From positions 1,984,001 through 2,048,000 of the forward strand of contig CP084166.1 of the NCBI GenBank assembly GCA_021513695.1: a stretch of 64,000 bases of DNA, given 5' to 3'. A program made the position numbers and the translations under genes. Below, one piece after another: positions 1-10,157 of this stretch. Position 1 is the stretch's first letter. Every line of letters begins with the position of its first letter. The DNA is from Candidatus Heimdallarchaeum aukensis. Lineage in GTDB: Archaea; Asgardarchaeota; Heimdallarchaeia; Heimdallarchaeales; Heimdallarchaeaceae. A model generated the notes under the pieces. It saw only the letters and a program-made list of their open reading frames with translations. It was not told where the DNA came from and ran no database searches.

Positions 1-1312
1 TACAATTTCCATTGCTTGTTAACAAATTTTCTCTTAACTTTCTCATAGGAATATATATTGTATACCCATTAGCAAAATTTTCATTAACAATTCCTGTTAC
101 TCTATATTTCTCTTTTAGTCCTCCTATTCGTAAAAATTCTAAAGTATAATCATCTAACAACATTTTGTTTACTGATTGACTTATTACTATCTCATTTTTC
201 TCCTTATTTGGCTTTACACCTTCAATTAATCGATCCAAGAATATTGTTTCGTTTATATATCCAATAATAGTAATATTTAGACTTCTTTCTTTACCTACAG
301 TTTTATATTGTTCTAAATTTACTGTATCTGGTATCGTGACATTAATTTCACTAACTTTTCTTTTATTCAGAAATATTATGTCATAAACAACATTATTTTC
401 TTTAAGGTTATTTATAAAATCAGAGTTTAAACTGCTTTTCTCTGTGAAAAAATCATTATAATTATGTTCACTATATCCTATATTATTTTCAAAGAAATTC
501 GCTACATTTTCTTTACTAATTAGATATTTATATTTCCCAAATTGCTCTGTGTAACTGTACACAAATGTATTTCCAATATTTATTGTAGAAAAAAGAAAAA
601 TTACTGATGCTGTTGAAATTAGAAAAATGAAAAAGAAAGTTGATCTTATCTCTCCTGAACGAAGAAATGCTTTTAATCCAAACTTTCTAGCAGGCTTTAT
701 CTTTTTGAATAATTCGTCAAATTCAAAAATGCTTTTATAATTTCTTAATCCTTTTGAAGAAATTTCTAAATTATTTTCATTTAATATTCTAAGTATCTCA
801 TTATGTGTTACTAAATAATGTAATAAAACTATGCTACCACAAATTAAGAATGCAGGTAAAAATTTTATCTGATTTCCATATGAACCCATTTTAAAAATGT
901 ATAATATGATTAGAAGAATTATCGCACTTAAAAATAGTCCTATTACAAAAGAAATTACTCCAACAAGTATATGGTAAAACAGTATATAACTATAGATCCA
1001 TTTAGTTTTTGATCCTACATTTTTCATTAATGCAATATCTTTTATTTGGTGGTTGAATATCTGTCTAACTGTTTTCCTTGTTACTATAATCGCTAAAAAT
1101 AATGACAAAATTGTAGATACAATGCTAAAAATCAGGTAGCTTTGTTGTATTCTGTACGAAACATTTCCTTCGAAAATTGCTTTGGTTATTGAAATAGAAT
1201 TGATACTTATTCCAACTAAAATGTAGGATAAAATTAAATTTGCATATTGGGTTAATGAAGTTGTAAAAGATCTTCTAAAATTAATCCAAGAGTATTTTAC
1301 CTGACCTATCAT
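1..1312 (-). CDS. ABC transporter permease, FtsX/MacB-like (N-terminal ~437 aa in window, remainder off-window)
   Basis: Reverse-strand ORF stays open to the window edge; this track lists only ORFs closed by a stop, so it is absent there. The ATG at 1310-1312 overlaps the upstream ABC ATPase stop (ATGA). The product is hydrophobic and multi-TM, and the gene pairs with an ABC ATPase. Confidence 0.5.
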   Translation of the reverse strand, partial: MIGQVKYSWINFRRSFTTSLTQYANLILSYILVGISINSISITKAIFEGNVSYRIQQSYLIFSIVSTILSLFLAIIVTRKTVRQIFNHQIKDIALMKNVGSKTKWIYSYILFYHILVGVISFVIGLFLSAIILLIILYIFKMGSYGNQIKFLPAFLICGSIVLLHYLVTHNEILRILNENNLEISSKGLRNYKSIFEFDELFKKIKPARKFGLKAFLRSGEIRSTFFFIFLISTASVIFLFSTINIGNTFVYSYTEQFGKYKYLISKENVANFFENNIGYSEHNYNDFFTEKSSLNSDFINNLKENNVVYDIIFLNKRKVSEINVTIPDTVNLEQYKTVGKERSLNITIIGYINETIFLDRLIEGVKPNKEKNEIVISQSVNKMLLDDYTLEFLRIGGLKEKYRVTGIVNENFANGYTIYIPMRKLRENLLTSNGNC

Positions 1313-2172
1313 TTTGTTTTTTCATTCCTTTTTTCATAATTTTCTTTATCCTCATAAATAGCCTGCTCAAAAAACTCTTCAAAAATATCATATCTTTCCA
1401 ATTCTTCTTCTATTTCTATTTTTTCCCATTTTTCTATGCTCTTAATTGGTCTATAAATTATTTTATCTTCTTTTTTCCTTTCAGGAAACTCAATTTCTAA
1501 AGAAACTTTCTTTTTCTCAATTTTATATATCTTTGATGCAATATTTCTAAGTTTAGGATCATGCGATGAAATTACAATTGTAATATCTGTTTTTTGGAAA
1601 ATATCTTTAATAATTTCACAAATTTGATCTCTTGTCTCATCATCTAAGTTACCAGTAGGTTCGTCCAACACTAAAATATGTGGGTTGTTAATTAGAGCTC
1701 TAATTATTCCTAATCTCTTTTTTTCTCCACCACTTAGTTGTTCAGGAAAACTTTTTCTCCTGTTTTCTAAACCAAATTTTTTTAACCAATTTTCAATTCT
1801 TTTTTCATCTGAATTTTCTATTCCTCCCAACATTTCTTGAAAAAATAATAAATTTTCTTCGGCTGTTAATGTTGAAATGAGATTATTATCTTGAAAAACA
1901 ATACCAAAGTTTTCTGCACGAAAATCATTTTTCTCTTGTTTATTCATTTGATCATAATATAATCCACAAATTTCAACATCTCCTTCAGTTGGTTCAATTA
2001 ATCCTGTTATTATGTTTAATAATGTTGTTTTTCCGCTTCCACTAGGTCCGTAGAATAGAACGATTTCATCTCTTTTGATTTCTAAATTTACATTTTCAAA
2101 AACAACTAGATCTTCCCAAAATAATTGGAATATTTTTTTAACGTCAGTTAATTTGATAATTACATCGCTCAT
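1309..2172 (-). CDS. ABC transporter ATP-binding protein
   Basis: Walker A GPSGSGKTT, ABC signature LSGGEKKR and Walker B LVLDEPT are present. A K/E-rich C-terminal extension follows. Confidence 0.85.
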   Translation of the reverse strand: MSDVIIKLTDVKKIFQLFWEDLVVFENVNLEIKRDEIVLFYGPSGSGKTTLLNIITGLIEPTEGDVEICGLYYDQMNKQEKNDFRAENFGIVFQDNNLISTLTAEENLLFFQEMLGGIENSDEKRIENWLKKFGLENRRKSFPEQLSGGEKKRLGIIRALINNPHILVLDEPTGNLDDETRDQICEIIKDIFQKTDITIVISSHDPKLRNIASKIYKIEKKKVSLEIEFPERKKEDKIIYRPIKSIEKWEKIEIEEELERYDIFEEFFEQAIYEDKENYEKRNEKTK

Positions 2173-2240
2173 TTATAACACATTTACAGCTAATAATAGC
2201 AGATTATAAATAGTTATAAACAAAGTAGTTAAAAAACTAT

Positions 2241-2594
2241 TTATTTCTTAACAAGGAGGTTAGATATTTTTTTTATTGTTTGGTCTATCTTTCTTTTTCT
2301 TTCCATTGCTTCCTTAAGTAATATACCTGTTTTTATTTCTTCTTCGATGTTTTCTGGAATTGTTTTTCCTAAATAAGTTCTATACTTGTAATCTGGTTCT
2401 TTACGTAAATAATAATATGGCCCGTGGTAGTAATTTTTGTTTGTTTGGCATTTGCAATTTTTTTTTCCACATTTTATATACTTCTTAGATATAAAACCTA
2501 TAATATATGGTTTTCTTGATAGTGTAGCAATTTTTTTCTCTAACTCTCTACTTTCCTCAATTAACTGCTCTAAAATATTATCAATCGGTGACAT
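2241..2594 (-). CDS. hypothetical small Cys-rich protein
   Basis: 117-aa ORF containing a CGKKNCKC cluster. No recognisable family. Confidence 0.3.
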   Translation of the reverse strand: MSPIDNILEQLIEESRELEKKIATLSRKPYIIGFISKKYIKCGKKNCKCQTNKNYYHGPYYYLRKEPDYKYRTYLGKTIPENIEEEIKTGILLKEAMERKRKIDQTIKKISNLLVKK

Positions 2595-2710
2595 AATTTA
2601 GCTTTAAATATCAAATTCTTTAAAATCTCTTAATAATATTAACATACTTTCTGGATATTATCGATATATAAATATTCATTGAAAATATAATATATCAAAG
2701 TAGTGATGCT

Positions 2711-3025
2711 ATGAATGAAGAAAAAGGATTGCTAAAAAGAGAAATAAAAGAAAAAACTAGTTTTGATGGTATTGTAGTAGGAAGAAGAAGACTATATGTT
2801 TACTCAGAAAATTATAGAAAAAAAATAAGCATAGATGATCTAATACTCAATATATTATCTGAAAAAGGTCCTTTAACACGAGACGAATTGGTAGAACTAA
2901 CACATATTCCCAGGACAACACTTTATGATAATCTAGCTCGCTTAATAGATGAAGGTTATGTCAAAAAAGAATCAGTTCCAAGAAAAACTAGAGGAAGACC
3001 TAAAATTCTATTCAAACTTGCATAA
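2711..3025 (+). CDS. winged-helix DNA-binding transcription regulator
   Basis: The C-terminal segment GPLTRDELVELTHIPRTTLYDNLARLIDEGYV looks like an HTH/wing. It lies directly upstream of orc1. Confidence 0.5.
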   Translation: MNEEKGLLKREIKEKTSFDGIVVGRRRLYVYSENYRKKISIDDLILNILSEKGPLTRDELVELTHIPRTTLYDNLARLIDEGYVKKESVPRKTRGRPKILFKLA

Positions 3026-3191
3026 AATCTTGATATTATTGATTAATATAATATATTCACAATAGTATTCACTATTTACTAATTTGTTCGATTCGTTAAT
3101 TATCGACAAAGTTAAAGTTGTAATGTTGTAACAAACTAAGAAGTTCATAAAAGTGTATAAACTTTAGTTATTAATTTAAGGAGAAAAAAGA

Positions 3192-4409
3192 ATGGATGAG
3201 CATTCCAATATAGACAGTATATTTGACAAATATTTAGATGAAGATAATCCAATATTTATAAATCGTGAGATACTTAGTCCTAATTATGTTCCTGAATATC
3301 TTCCGCATAGAGAAGATAAATTTGAAGAGATGGCAAAAATATTGGGACCTGCTTTGAGAGGAGGTTCACCCTCTAATATTTTTATTTATGGTACAACTGG
3401 AACAGGAAAAACAGCTGTTACGAAATATGTTTTAAAAAAGTTGAAAAAAAAGGCTGATGAACGAGAAATAGAGTTTAGTTTTTCGTTTTTTAATTGCCAA
3501 CATATTGACACAAAGTATCGCGTATTTGCTCAGTTGTGTGATGATATAGCAGTTGATGTTCCATTTACAGGTCTTCATTTTGATATTGTTTATCAAAAAT
3601 TTAAAGAGGGGCTAGATGAATTAAAAACTCTTCATATTATTGTATTAGATGAAGTTGATTCCTTGTATAGAAAGAGTACTGAATCATTATACATCCTTAC
3701 TAGATTAAATAGTGAATTGGTTCAATCAAAAATTGGGATAATAGGTATCACGAACGATGTGAATTTCAAAGAAACTTTGGATCCTAGGATACGTAGTAGT
3801 TTAAGTGAAGAAGAAATCGTTTTTTCACCATATACTGCTGAACAATTAAAAGATATTTTGAATCAACGAGTAGAAAAAGCGTTAAACAAAGACGCTTTAG
3901 AATTTGGTGTTTTGAACTTATGTGCTGCAATTGGAGCTCAACAGCATGGAGATGCTAGACGGTCAATAGATCTTCTACGTGTTGCTGCAGAATTAGCTGA
4001 ACGAGAAGGAGCTGAAAAGGTAACAGAGTTACATGTAAGAAAAGCTCAACAAGTTATAGAAAGAAATACAGTTGTTGAAGTATTGAGTTCATTACCCATT
4101 CAAACAAAAGCTGTCTTACAAGCTATATTTATTGGTGAAAGTAAAAGTGAGGAACTAAATACAGGCGATGTTTATGATATTTATTCTTCAATTTGTAAAC
4201 TAATACGTTTAGATCGTTTAACTCCTAGAAGAGTTAGTGATTTAATCAATGAATTGGATATGCTAGGTCTTGTGACAGCTAGAGTAATAAGTAAAGGTCG
4301 ATATGGGCGTTCAAAAAGAATTAATCTTACTATTCCCAAGGCACAAGTTAAAGAGATTTTAGAAAAAGATTTTAGACTTTCAAAAGTTTTTGAGGAGAAT
4401 TCAGTTTGA
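3192..4409 (+). CDS. orc1: Orc1/Cdc6 replication initiator
   Basis: AAA+ Walker A GTTGTGKT and Walker B IVLDEVD are present. The C-terminal winged-helix region and the 405-aa size are typical of archaeal Cdc6. Confidence 0.9.
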   Translation: MDEHSNIDSIFDKYLDEDNPIFINREILSPNYVPEYLPHREDKFEEMAKILGPALRGGSPSNIFIYGTTGTGKTAVTKYVLKKLKKKADEREIEFSFSFFNCQHIDTKYRVFAQLCDDIAVDVPFTGLHFDIVYQKFKEGLDELKTLHIIVLDEVDSLYRKSTESLYILTRLNSELVQSKIGIIGITNDVNFKETLDPRIRSSLSEEEIVFSPYTAEQLKDILNQRVEKALNKDALEFGVLNLCAAIGAQQHGDARRSIDLLRVAAELAEREGAEKVTELHVRKAQQVIERNTVVEVLSSLPIQTKAVLQAIFIGESKSEELNTGDVYDIYSSICKLIRLDRLTPRRVSDLINELDMLGLVTARVISKGRYGRSKRINLTIPKAQVKEILEKDFRLSKVFEENSV

Positions 4410-4544
4410 TTTTTTTATTATTTATCATCCTTTTTTCCTCTTCTCTTCCAATTAACTAACACTAATAGACTGTTCGACCTTTATTTTTCTCTCTTTTTAT
4501 CCTCTTTTATTAAACTTTAAAAAGATTGTATAAAACAATAATTG

Positions 4545-6536
4545 ATGAGTGATTACGCAGCTACTATAGTTAACCACATGAAAAATAAAGAATTAATACG
4601 AAACATATGTATCGTAAGTCATGTAGATCATGGTAAAACTACTCTTTCTGATTATCTTCTTCAAGCTGGAGGATTAATATCCCAATCTCTCGCTGGTTCT
4701 GCACGCGTTTTAGACTATCTTGAAGAAGAACAACAACGTGGGATTACTATAAAAACAGCTAATATTTCTTTCATTTATAAGCACAAAGAAACAGATTATT
4801 TAATCAATCTTGTTGATACACCTGGTCATGTCGATTTTTCAGGATTAGTTGCTCAAGCAATAAGACTAGTTGATGGAGTAATTATTGTTGTTGATGCTGT
4901 AGAAGGGGTAATGGCACAAACACATTCCGTAATTAAACAATCAATAGAAGAGGGATTGAAGCCAATTCTCTTTATAAATAAAGTTGATAGATTGATAAAT
5001 GAACTTAAGCTTGACGAAAAAACTATTGAAAGTAAATTAAATACGATCATACAGTTTGTTAATGAATTGATTTTACAATATTCTTACAACAATAATATTC
5101 AAAGAAAAGTTAGTTTTTCTGATGGGACTGTTATAATAGGTTCTGCACTATATGGTTGGGCTCTGTCAAAGTACTCTGAACAAATACCAAAGTTTTCTAC
5201 AATCATTAGTTTGCATAAAGAAAATAATGTGAAAAAATTAAAAAAAGAAAATTCACTAATTAGTGCTTTAATGCCTGCAATAGTAAATTCTATTCCTTCT
5301 CCCCTTATTGCGCAAAAAGCTCGAATTACGAACATTATTGAATCTATATCAAATCAAGATAGGACCTCAATTGAAAAGTGTGACAATAATGGAAATACAA
5401 TCATTTGTATAGGTAAATTACTCTATGATAAAAATAGAGGAATAATAGCAATTGGAAGATTATTTTCTGGCGTTTTGAGAAAAGGTTCGATTCTAATAAA
5501 TACTAGAAACAAGAAAGAAGTTCGAATACACCAAGTTTGTTTGTATAAAGGTCCTTCACTTATTACTGTGAAGGAAGTTGAAGCAGGAAATATAGCTACA
5601 CTTATCGGAATGAAAGAAATACAAGTTGGCGATGTGTTGGTTGAAGATTTAAATATCGAGCAAATGATTGAGTTTAAACAAATATCTTATTTACAAGAAC
5701 CAGTAATTACAATACGAATTGAACCAAAGAATATTAGTGATATTCCGAAATTGCAAGAAGAGCTTGAAATTCTTTCTTTAATCAAGCCCAACTTTTCATA
5801 TATTATAGACGAAAATACAGGAGAAATTAAAGTTTATGGGATTGGTGAACTACAATTAGAAATAATTCTTAAAGATATTATGAAGACAGGTTTGCAAATA
5901 GAACTTTCAAATCCAGAAGTAGCATTAGTAGAACAAATAGATAAGGAAATTGAACATAAGTCAATTGATTCGTTAGGTAAAGTAGAATTAAGTATAAAGT
6001 GTTCTCCTACAACTAAAGCAAAAATATCTGGCGATACTGTTGTATTTAAAGACAAAAAAAATAATTTTTTGGTTGTTGAAGATACATCAATAAAAAACGA
6101 ACATATTGATCTATTAATTATTGGTTTTAAAAATGCTATAAAATTAGGGGTTAAATCTTCTAATCCTATTAGAAATTTGACTGTTATAATCAAAAAAATA
6201 GATATGCTTGAACAAGATGCTTTTCGATATGAAATTATTGTTCCTGCAGTTAAGAAAATAATCCATGAGGCCATATCCAATTCTATTTTTATTTATGAAC
6301 CAATTTACACAATCACTATAACGACTCCACTTGACTATCTTGGTGCTGTGCTCTCTGTTTTTCAGAAATATGGTGGAGAAGTGGAGAAAACAGAGCAAAT
6401 CTCTTCGAAAATGATTATTTATGGGGTTATAACTGTGCGATCCTCTCTTTCATTGGCAAATGAATTAAGGAAAGCTTCTGAAGGCTTTGCATTTTGGCAA
6501 CTTGATGTGTCTGGTTATAGAAAAATAAAAGAATAG
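4545..6536 (+). CDS. EF-2/EF-G family translational GTPase paralogue
   Basis: G-domain motifs AHVDHGKTT, DTPGH and NKVDR are present. At about 664 aa it is shorter than bona fide aEF-2. I could not find the diphthamide-loop HRG motif. A TTG lies 3 nt upstream of the ATG used here. Confidence 0.75.
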   Translation: MSDYAATIVNHMKNKELIRNICIVSHVDHGKTTLSDYLLQAGGLISQSLAGSARVLDYLEEEQQRGITIKTANISFIYKHKETDYLINLVDTPGHVDFSGLVAQAIRLVDGVIIVVDAVEGVMAQTHSVIKQSIEEGLKPILFINKVDRLINELKLDEKTIESKLNTIIQFVNELILQYSYNNNIQRKVSFSDGTVIIGSALYGWALSKYSEQIPKFSTIISLHKENNVKKLKKENSLISALMPAIVNSIPSPLIAQKARITNIIESISNQDRTSIEKCDNNGNTIICIGKLLYDKNRGIIAIGRLFSGVLRKGSILINTRNKKEVRIHQVCLYKGPSLITVKEVEAGNIATLIGMKEIQVGDVLVEDLNIEQMIEFKQISYLQEPVITIRIEPKNISDIPKLQEELEILSLIKPNFSYIIDENTGEIKVYGIGELQLEIILKDIMKTGLQIELSNPEVALVEQIDKEIEHKSIDSLGKVELSIKCSPTTKAKISGDTVVFKDKKNNFLVVEDTSIKNEHIDLLIIGFKNAIKLGVKSSNPIRNLTVIIKKIDMLEQDAFRYEIIVPAVKKIIHEAISNSIFIYEPIYTITITTPLDYLGAVLSVFQKYGGEVEKTEQISSKMIIYGVITVRSSLSLANELRKASEGFAFWQLDVSGYRKIKE

Positions 6537-6622
6537 TGGCTCAGCACTCAAGATCCTCATCACTAATCAGTCAAGGGCTAGACACATCATAGCCACATTA
6601 AATAGTTTATGAGAGTATTTTT

Positions 6623-7945
6623 TTATTTTCTTATTTCACATAGAATTCTTTCTGCTATTTTTGTACTTTTTTCAATAATTCTTTCTTTGTTTAATGTTTG
6701 GTGTTCACGATTTAAATAAAGAAAATTACCATTTACAATAAGGTCATTAACATCTCCACTAGAGGCAGAGTAAAGAACGTTTGAAATTATGTCATTTTGA
6801 GGCCAAGAATGAGCACCGCTAAGTGAAAATAAAGTGATATCAGCGATTGCATTTTCGATTATACCTGCTTTCTCTAATCCAAAAATTTTTGATCCAGCTG
6901 TTGTTCCTATTTTAAGAGCTGTATAATTCTGAAGAACTGTTGGATCTTTAGCTAAGAATTTTTGTAATAAAGCTGCAGTTCTTACCTCCTCTAAAACATC
7001 CAAATTGTTATTTGATGCATTTCCATCAGTACCTACCACAACATCAATATTTTTTTCTATGTATTTAAAAACTGGAGCGATACCACTAGATAACTTCAGG
7101 TTTGATTGTGGATTATGGAGAACTGTAACCTTATATTTCTTCATAATTTCATAATCTCTTCCTGATGGATATACACAATGAGCAGCTAGTATTTTATTTT
7201 TTAGTAAACTCAGATTTTCTAAATATTCAAGTGGTGTTAATTGATGCTGTTTTCTGAAATCAGAAACTTCTTTTTCAGTTTCACTTATGTGTATGTGAAT
7301 TGGAATGTTATATTTTTCTGCAATTTCGGACACTTTTAGTAAATACTCTTTGGGGACAGTATATGGTGCATGAGGACCAATACCATATTTTAACAACGAA
7401 TCTTTTTCTTTTATGATATTATTTCTTGAATGCAAGAATTTTTTGATATGATTCCATGTGTCTTCGATGCTTCCTGTTTCTGGAGTTCCATCAAAGAGAG
7501 ATGGACATAATAAAGCCCGAAGTTTAGATTCTTTTACAACTTTTTCAATGCTTTCAACAAAAAAATACTGATCAATAAATCCTGCAACACCTGATTCAAT
7601 TAATTCTAAAGCTCCTAGGCTGGCTCCGTAATATGCATCTTCTGCAGTCATATGAGATTCAAAAGGCCACACATAATCATATAACCACTCTATTAGTTTA
7701 CTGCTATCACAAATTCCACGAAGAAGAGTTTCAGGTAAGTGAGTATGTGCATTGATAAAAGCAGGAATTGCAACATGATTCATTCTATCAATTTTGTCAT
7801 GCCCCGTAACATATTTCTTCATTTCATCAATTTTTCCTACATGAATAATTTTGTTGTCCTCAATTATAATAGATCCGTTTTTTATTATTTTATTGCATTC
7901 TTCTCCAGAAATTATGTATTTACATTGAATAACTACTTCACTCAT
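6623..7945 (-). CDS. amidohydrolase-family deaminase (MTA/SAH- or 5'-deoxyadenosine-deaminase-like)
   Basis: Metal-binding INAHTHLPETLLRG motif of the amidohydrolase superfamily. The 440-aa length fits MtaD/DadD-like enzymes. Confidence 0.65.
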   Translation of the reverse strand: MSEVVIQCKYIISGEECNKIIKNGSIIIEDNKIIHVGKIDEMKKYVTGHDKIDRMNHVAIPAFINAHTHLPETLLRGICDSSKLIEWLYDYVWPFESHMTAEDAYYGASLGALELIESGVAGFIDQYFFVESIEKVVKESKLRALLCPSLFDGTPETGSIEDTWNHIKKFLHSRNNIIKEKDSLLKYGIGPHAPYTVPKEYLLKVSEIAEKYNIPIHIHISETEKEVSDFRKQHQLTPLEYLENLSLLKNKILAAHCVYPSGRDYEIMKKYKVTVLHNPQSNLKLSSGIAPVFKYIEKNIDVVVGTDGNASNNNLDVLEEVRTAALLQKFLAKDPTVLQNYTALKIGTTAGSKIFGLEKAGIIENAIADITLFSLSGAHSWPQNDIISNVLYSASSGDVNDLIVNGNFLYLNREHQTLNKERIIEKSTKIAERILCEIRK

Positions 7946-8173
7946 TGTTAGTAATTTATAATGTATGAATATAATTTTTGTTTACATTTGTTAGCTTGAA
8001 TGTTTTCATACATTTTTTAAAAAAATGTTGAAATTTAACGTTTAACACGTCTTTACACGGTAACACTATTGTAATTGTGTTGACTTTAAGCAAACATTAA
8101 TAATTAACAACTAGGTAACAATTAATAATTAGTAAGGTCTATTATAATTTAGAGTATTTATGGGTTGAGTATA

Positions 8174-8563
8174 ATGGCTTATGAAACAAAAATTCCAACT
8201 ACTAGATATGTTTGTGCATTAGCAAACGTCCAAGGGCAATGGATGGTACAATTGAGATTGGGTGATACTGTCGAAGCCCAGACAGTTGTTAAAGATTTAA
8301 GTGAAAGAGGAATTCGCGATAATATTCGAACGGTTATGTCTGAAGTTGACTTGTATCTTGGTGACTTTCTTGTTGATCAAATAGTAAAGGACATAGTTCA
8401 TCAAGCGCGAATTCTTATACAAGAAACCTCATCAACTTCCTCTCCTGTGCAAGATAGTGGGCTTTCCGAAGTTGAACAAGTTCTAGAACAGATCAAAAAT
8501 AAATTGTCTACCCTAGAAGAGCGAATAAAAAGACTTGAATCAGTAATCGAACACCGTACATAA
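8174..8563 (+). CDS. hypothetical protein with C-terminal coiled coil
   Basis: ORF beginning MAYETK; the track start is a TTG 9 nt upstream. No motif recognised. Confidence 0.35.
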   Translation: MAYETKIPTTRYVCALANVQGQWMVQLRLGDTVEAQTVVKDLSERGIRDNIRTVMSEVDLYLGDFLVDQIVKDIVHQARILIQETSSTSSPVQDSGLSEVEQVLEQIKNKLSTLEERIKRLESVIEHRT

Positions 8564-8640
8564 TCCGCTTAATGCAATAAAACAAATAACGATAATTATT
8601 TAAAACCTCCTTTTTTCTTTCCTATGGATAAGGTGTAGCA

Positions 8641-8955
8641 ATGACACAAAGAGCAAGAATTCGCTTAATAGGGAATAATCCACAAAGTCTTCAAAGAATA
8701 TGTAATCAGATTCAAAAAATTGCTGAAAGAACAGGTGTAAGAATCAGAGGACCAATTCCTTTACCTTCAAAAAGAATTGTTTTACCAGTGAGAAAAAGTC
8801 CTTGTGGAAATGGAACTAGTACATATGACCATTTTGAATTGAAATTACACAAAAGAATAATTGATATGGATGCTGAAGAAAAAAGTATGCGATTATTAAT
8901 GCGTATTCATGTTCCTGAAGATGTTCATATCGAAATTGCACTTGAGCGCAGTTAG
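8641..8955 (+). CDS. rps10: 30S ribosomal protein S10 (uS10)
   Basis: Strong similarity to archaeal S10, including GPIPLP.KR...RKSP.G.G..T.D..E...HKR. The ATG is preceded by aggtg. Confidence 0.9.
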   Translation: MTQRARIRLIGNNPQSLQRICNQIQKIAERTGVRIRGPIPLPSKRIVLPVRKSPCGNGTSTYDHFELKLHKRIIDMDAEEKSMRLLMRIHVPEDVHIEIALERS

Positions 8956-9073
8956 ATTTAATGCGCTTTTTATTATCTTATTTTGTTTTTGTGTTGTTAG
9001 TCAAGCTAGTAGCATTTGAATTATGTGTTTCAATACTCTTAGTCATATAATTAAACTAATAGATTCTAAATTA

Positions 9074-10006
9074 TTAGATATTTGTCTCAAGAGGTGGATA
9101 ATAATATTTTATCAAATTTAATATGTCTTCAATGGAATCAAAAAAAGAATGATTTTCTCGTAACTTGCGAATAAAGTTAACCATTTTTTCGAAATATTTG
9201 ACAAAAAAATACTCAGGAAGAAGCATCACACAAAGGGGTTTTAATTTACCATTGTTGATTTTATCATAAATTATATCTTCAAATATTTGTCTGTTAATTC
9301 TGGACAATGTTCCTTTTAGTAACACCAATTCTCCAATAAGTTCTCCTATAATATCTTTCATTAATTCTTGTTGCCTTGATATAAACGGAATTAAAAATAA
9401 GAGATCACTTGGATTTTTGTCTGCATTTATTATTTTGTAAAAGATATCATCATTTTGGAGAATTTCAAGTTTTGTGCAAAATTTTCTTGATCTTTCCCGA
9501 ATAAATTGAATTTTAACTGTTTTTCCTAGATAATATTTTTTTTCTAAAGATAATTTGATTTGATTATTGATCTCAATTATGTCATTTTTTTCTCTAAAAA
9601 GACCATGTTCAATAGTTATTGTCTTATTTTTGTTATTATATTCTATATTTCTAATTATTCCTGTAACAGTTTCTGTTTTTCTTTCATTTAAGTCTCTAAA
9701 AAAATAATTTTCTAAATCAAACAGAAGAATCACTTCACCAAATTTTCCATCTGTAATTATTAGTTCTCCCTTTTTATTTTTAATACAAAAACCGTTAATG
9801 ATTTTGATTGTCAGACCAGAGCAAATAAAGTCCTTAACGTTTACATTTCTTTTTATTCTAAACTTGTAATATTTGTTATCTCTTACTGCTTTTCCTTCAA
9901 TTCCCCATTCTTGAATTGTAAATGATCTTATCACCCCAACAAATTCCTTTACTGTTTTTCCTGGTTCAAAAAAGGTTCCTTTAGGAACGTAGATGCTATT
10001 ATTCAT
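9074..10006 (-). CDS. hypothetical protein
   Basis: 310-aa ORF with an ATG start and K/N/I-rich composition. No motif recognised. Confidence 0.35.
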   Translation of the reverse strand: MNNSIYVPKGTFFEPGKTVKEFVGVIRSFTIQEWGIEGKAVRDNKYYKFRIKRNVNVKDFICSGLTIKIINGFCIKNKKGELIITDGKFGEVILLFDLENYFFRDLNERKTETVTGIIRNIEYNNKNKTITIEHGLFREKNDIIEINNQIKLSLEKKYYLGKTVKIQFIRERSRKFCTKLEILQNDDIFYKIINADKNPSDLLFLIPFISRQQELMKDIIGELIGELVLLKGTLSRINRQIFEDIIYDKINNGKLKPLCVMLLPEYFFVKYFEKMVNFIRKLRENHSFFDSIEDILNLIKYYYPPLETNI

Positions 10007-10157
10007 TATATTTGTTAACGTTATTATATTATTTAAAATCCAGAATTTTCTGTGTTCTTACAGATTTAAATCTTACCAACTAAAATGAATATAATAAAAA
10101 CTATAAACACCAAAAATTAAAATATTATAAAAAAAGAAATGAATTAGGTGAATCTTT

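Noticed and set aside
4853-6398. Antisense ORFs inside the EF-2 paralogue gene (4853..5050-, 5099..5335-, 5834..6280-, 6144..6398-)
   Set aside because: Opposite strand of a well-supported gene; hydrophobic low-complexity products.
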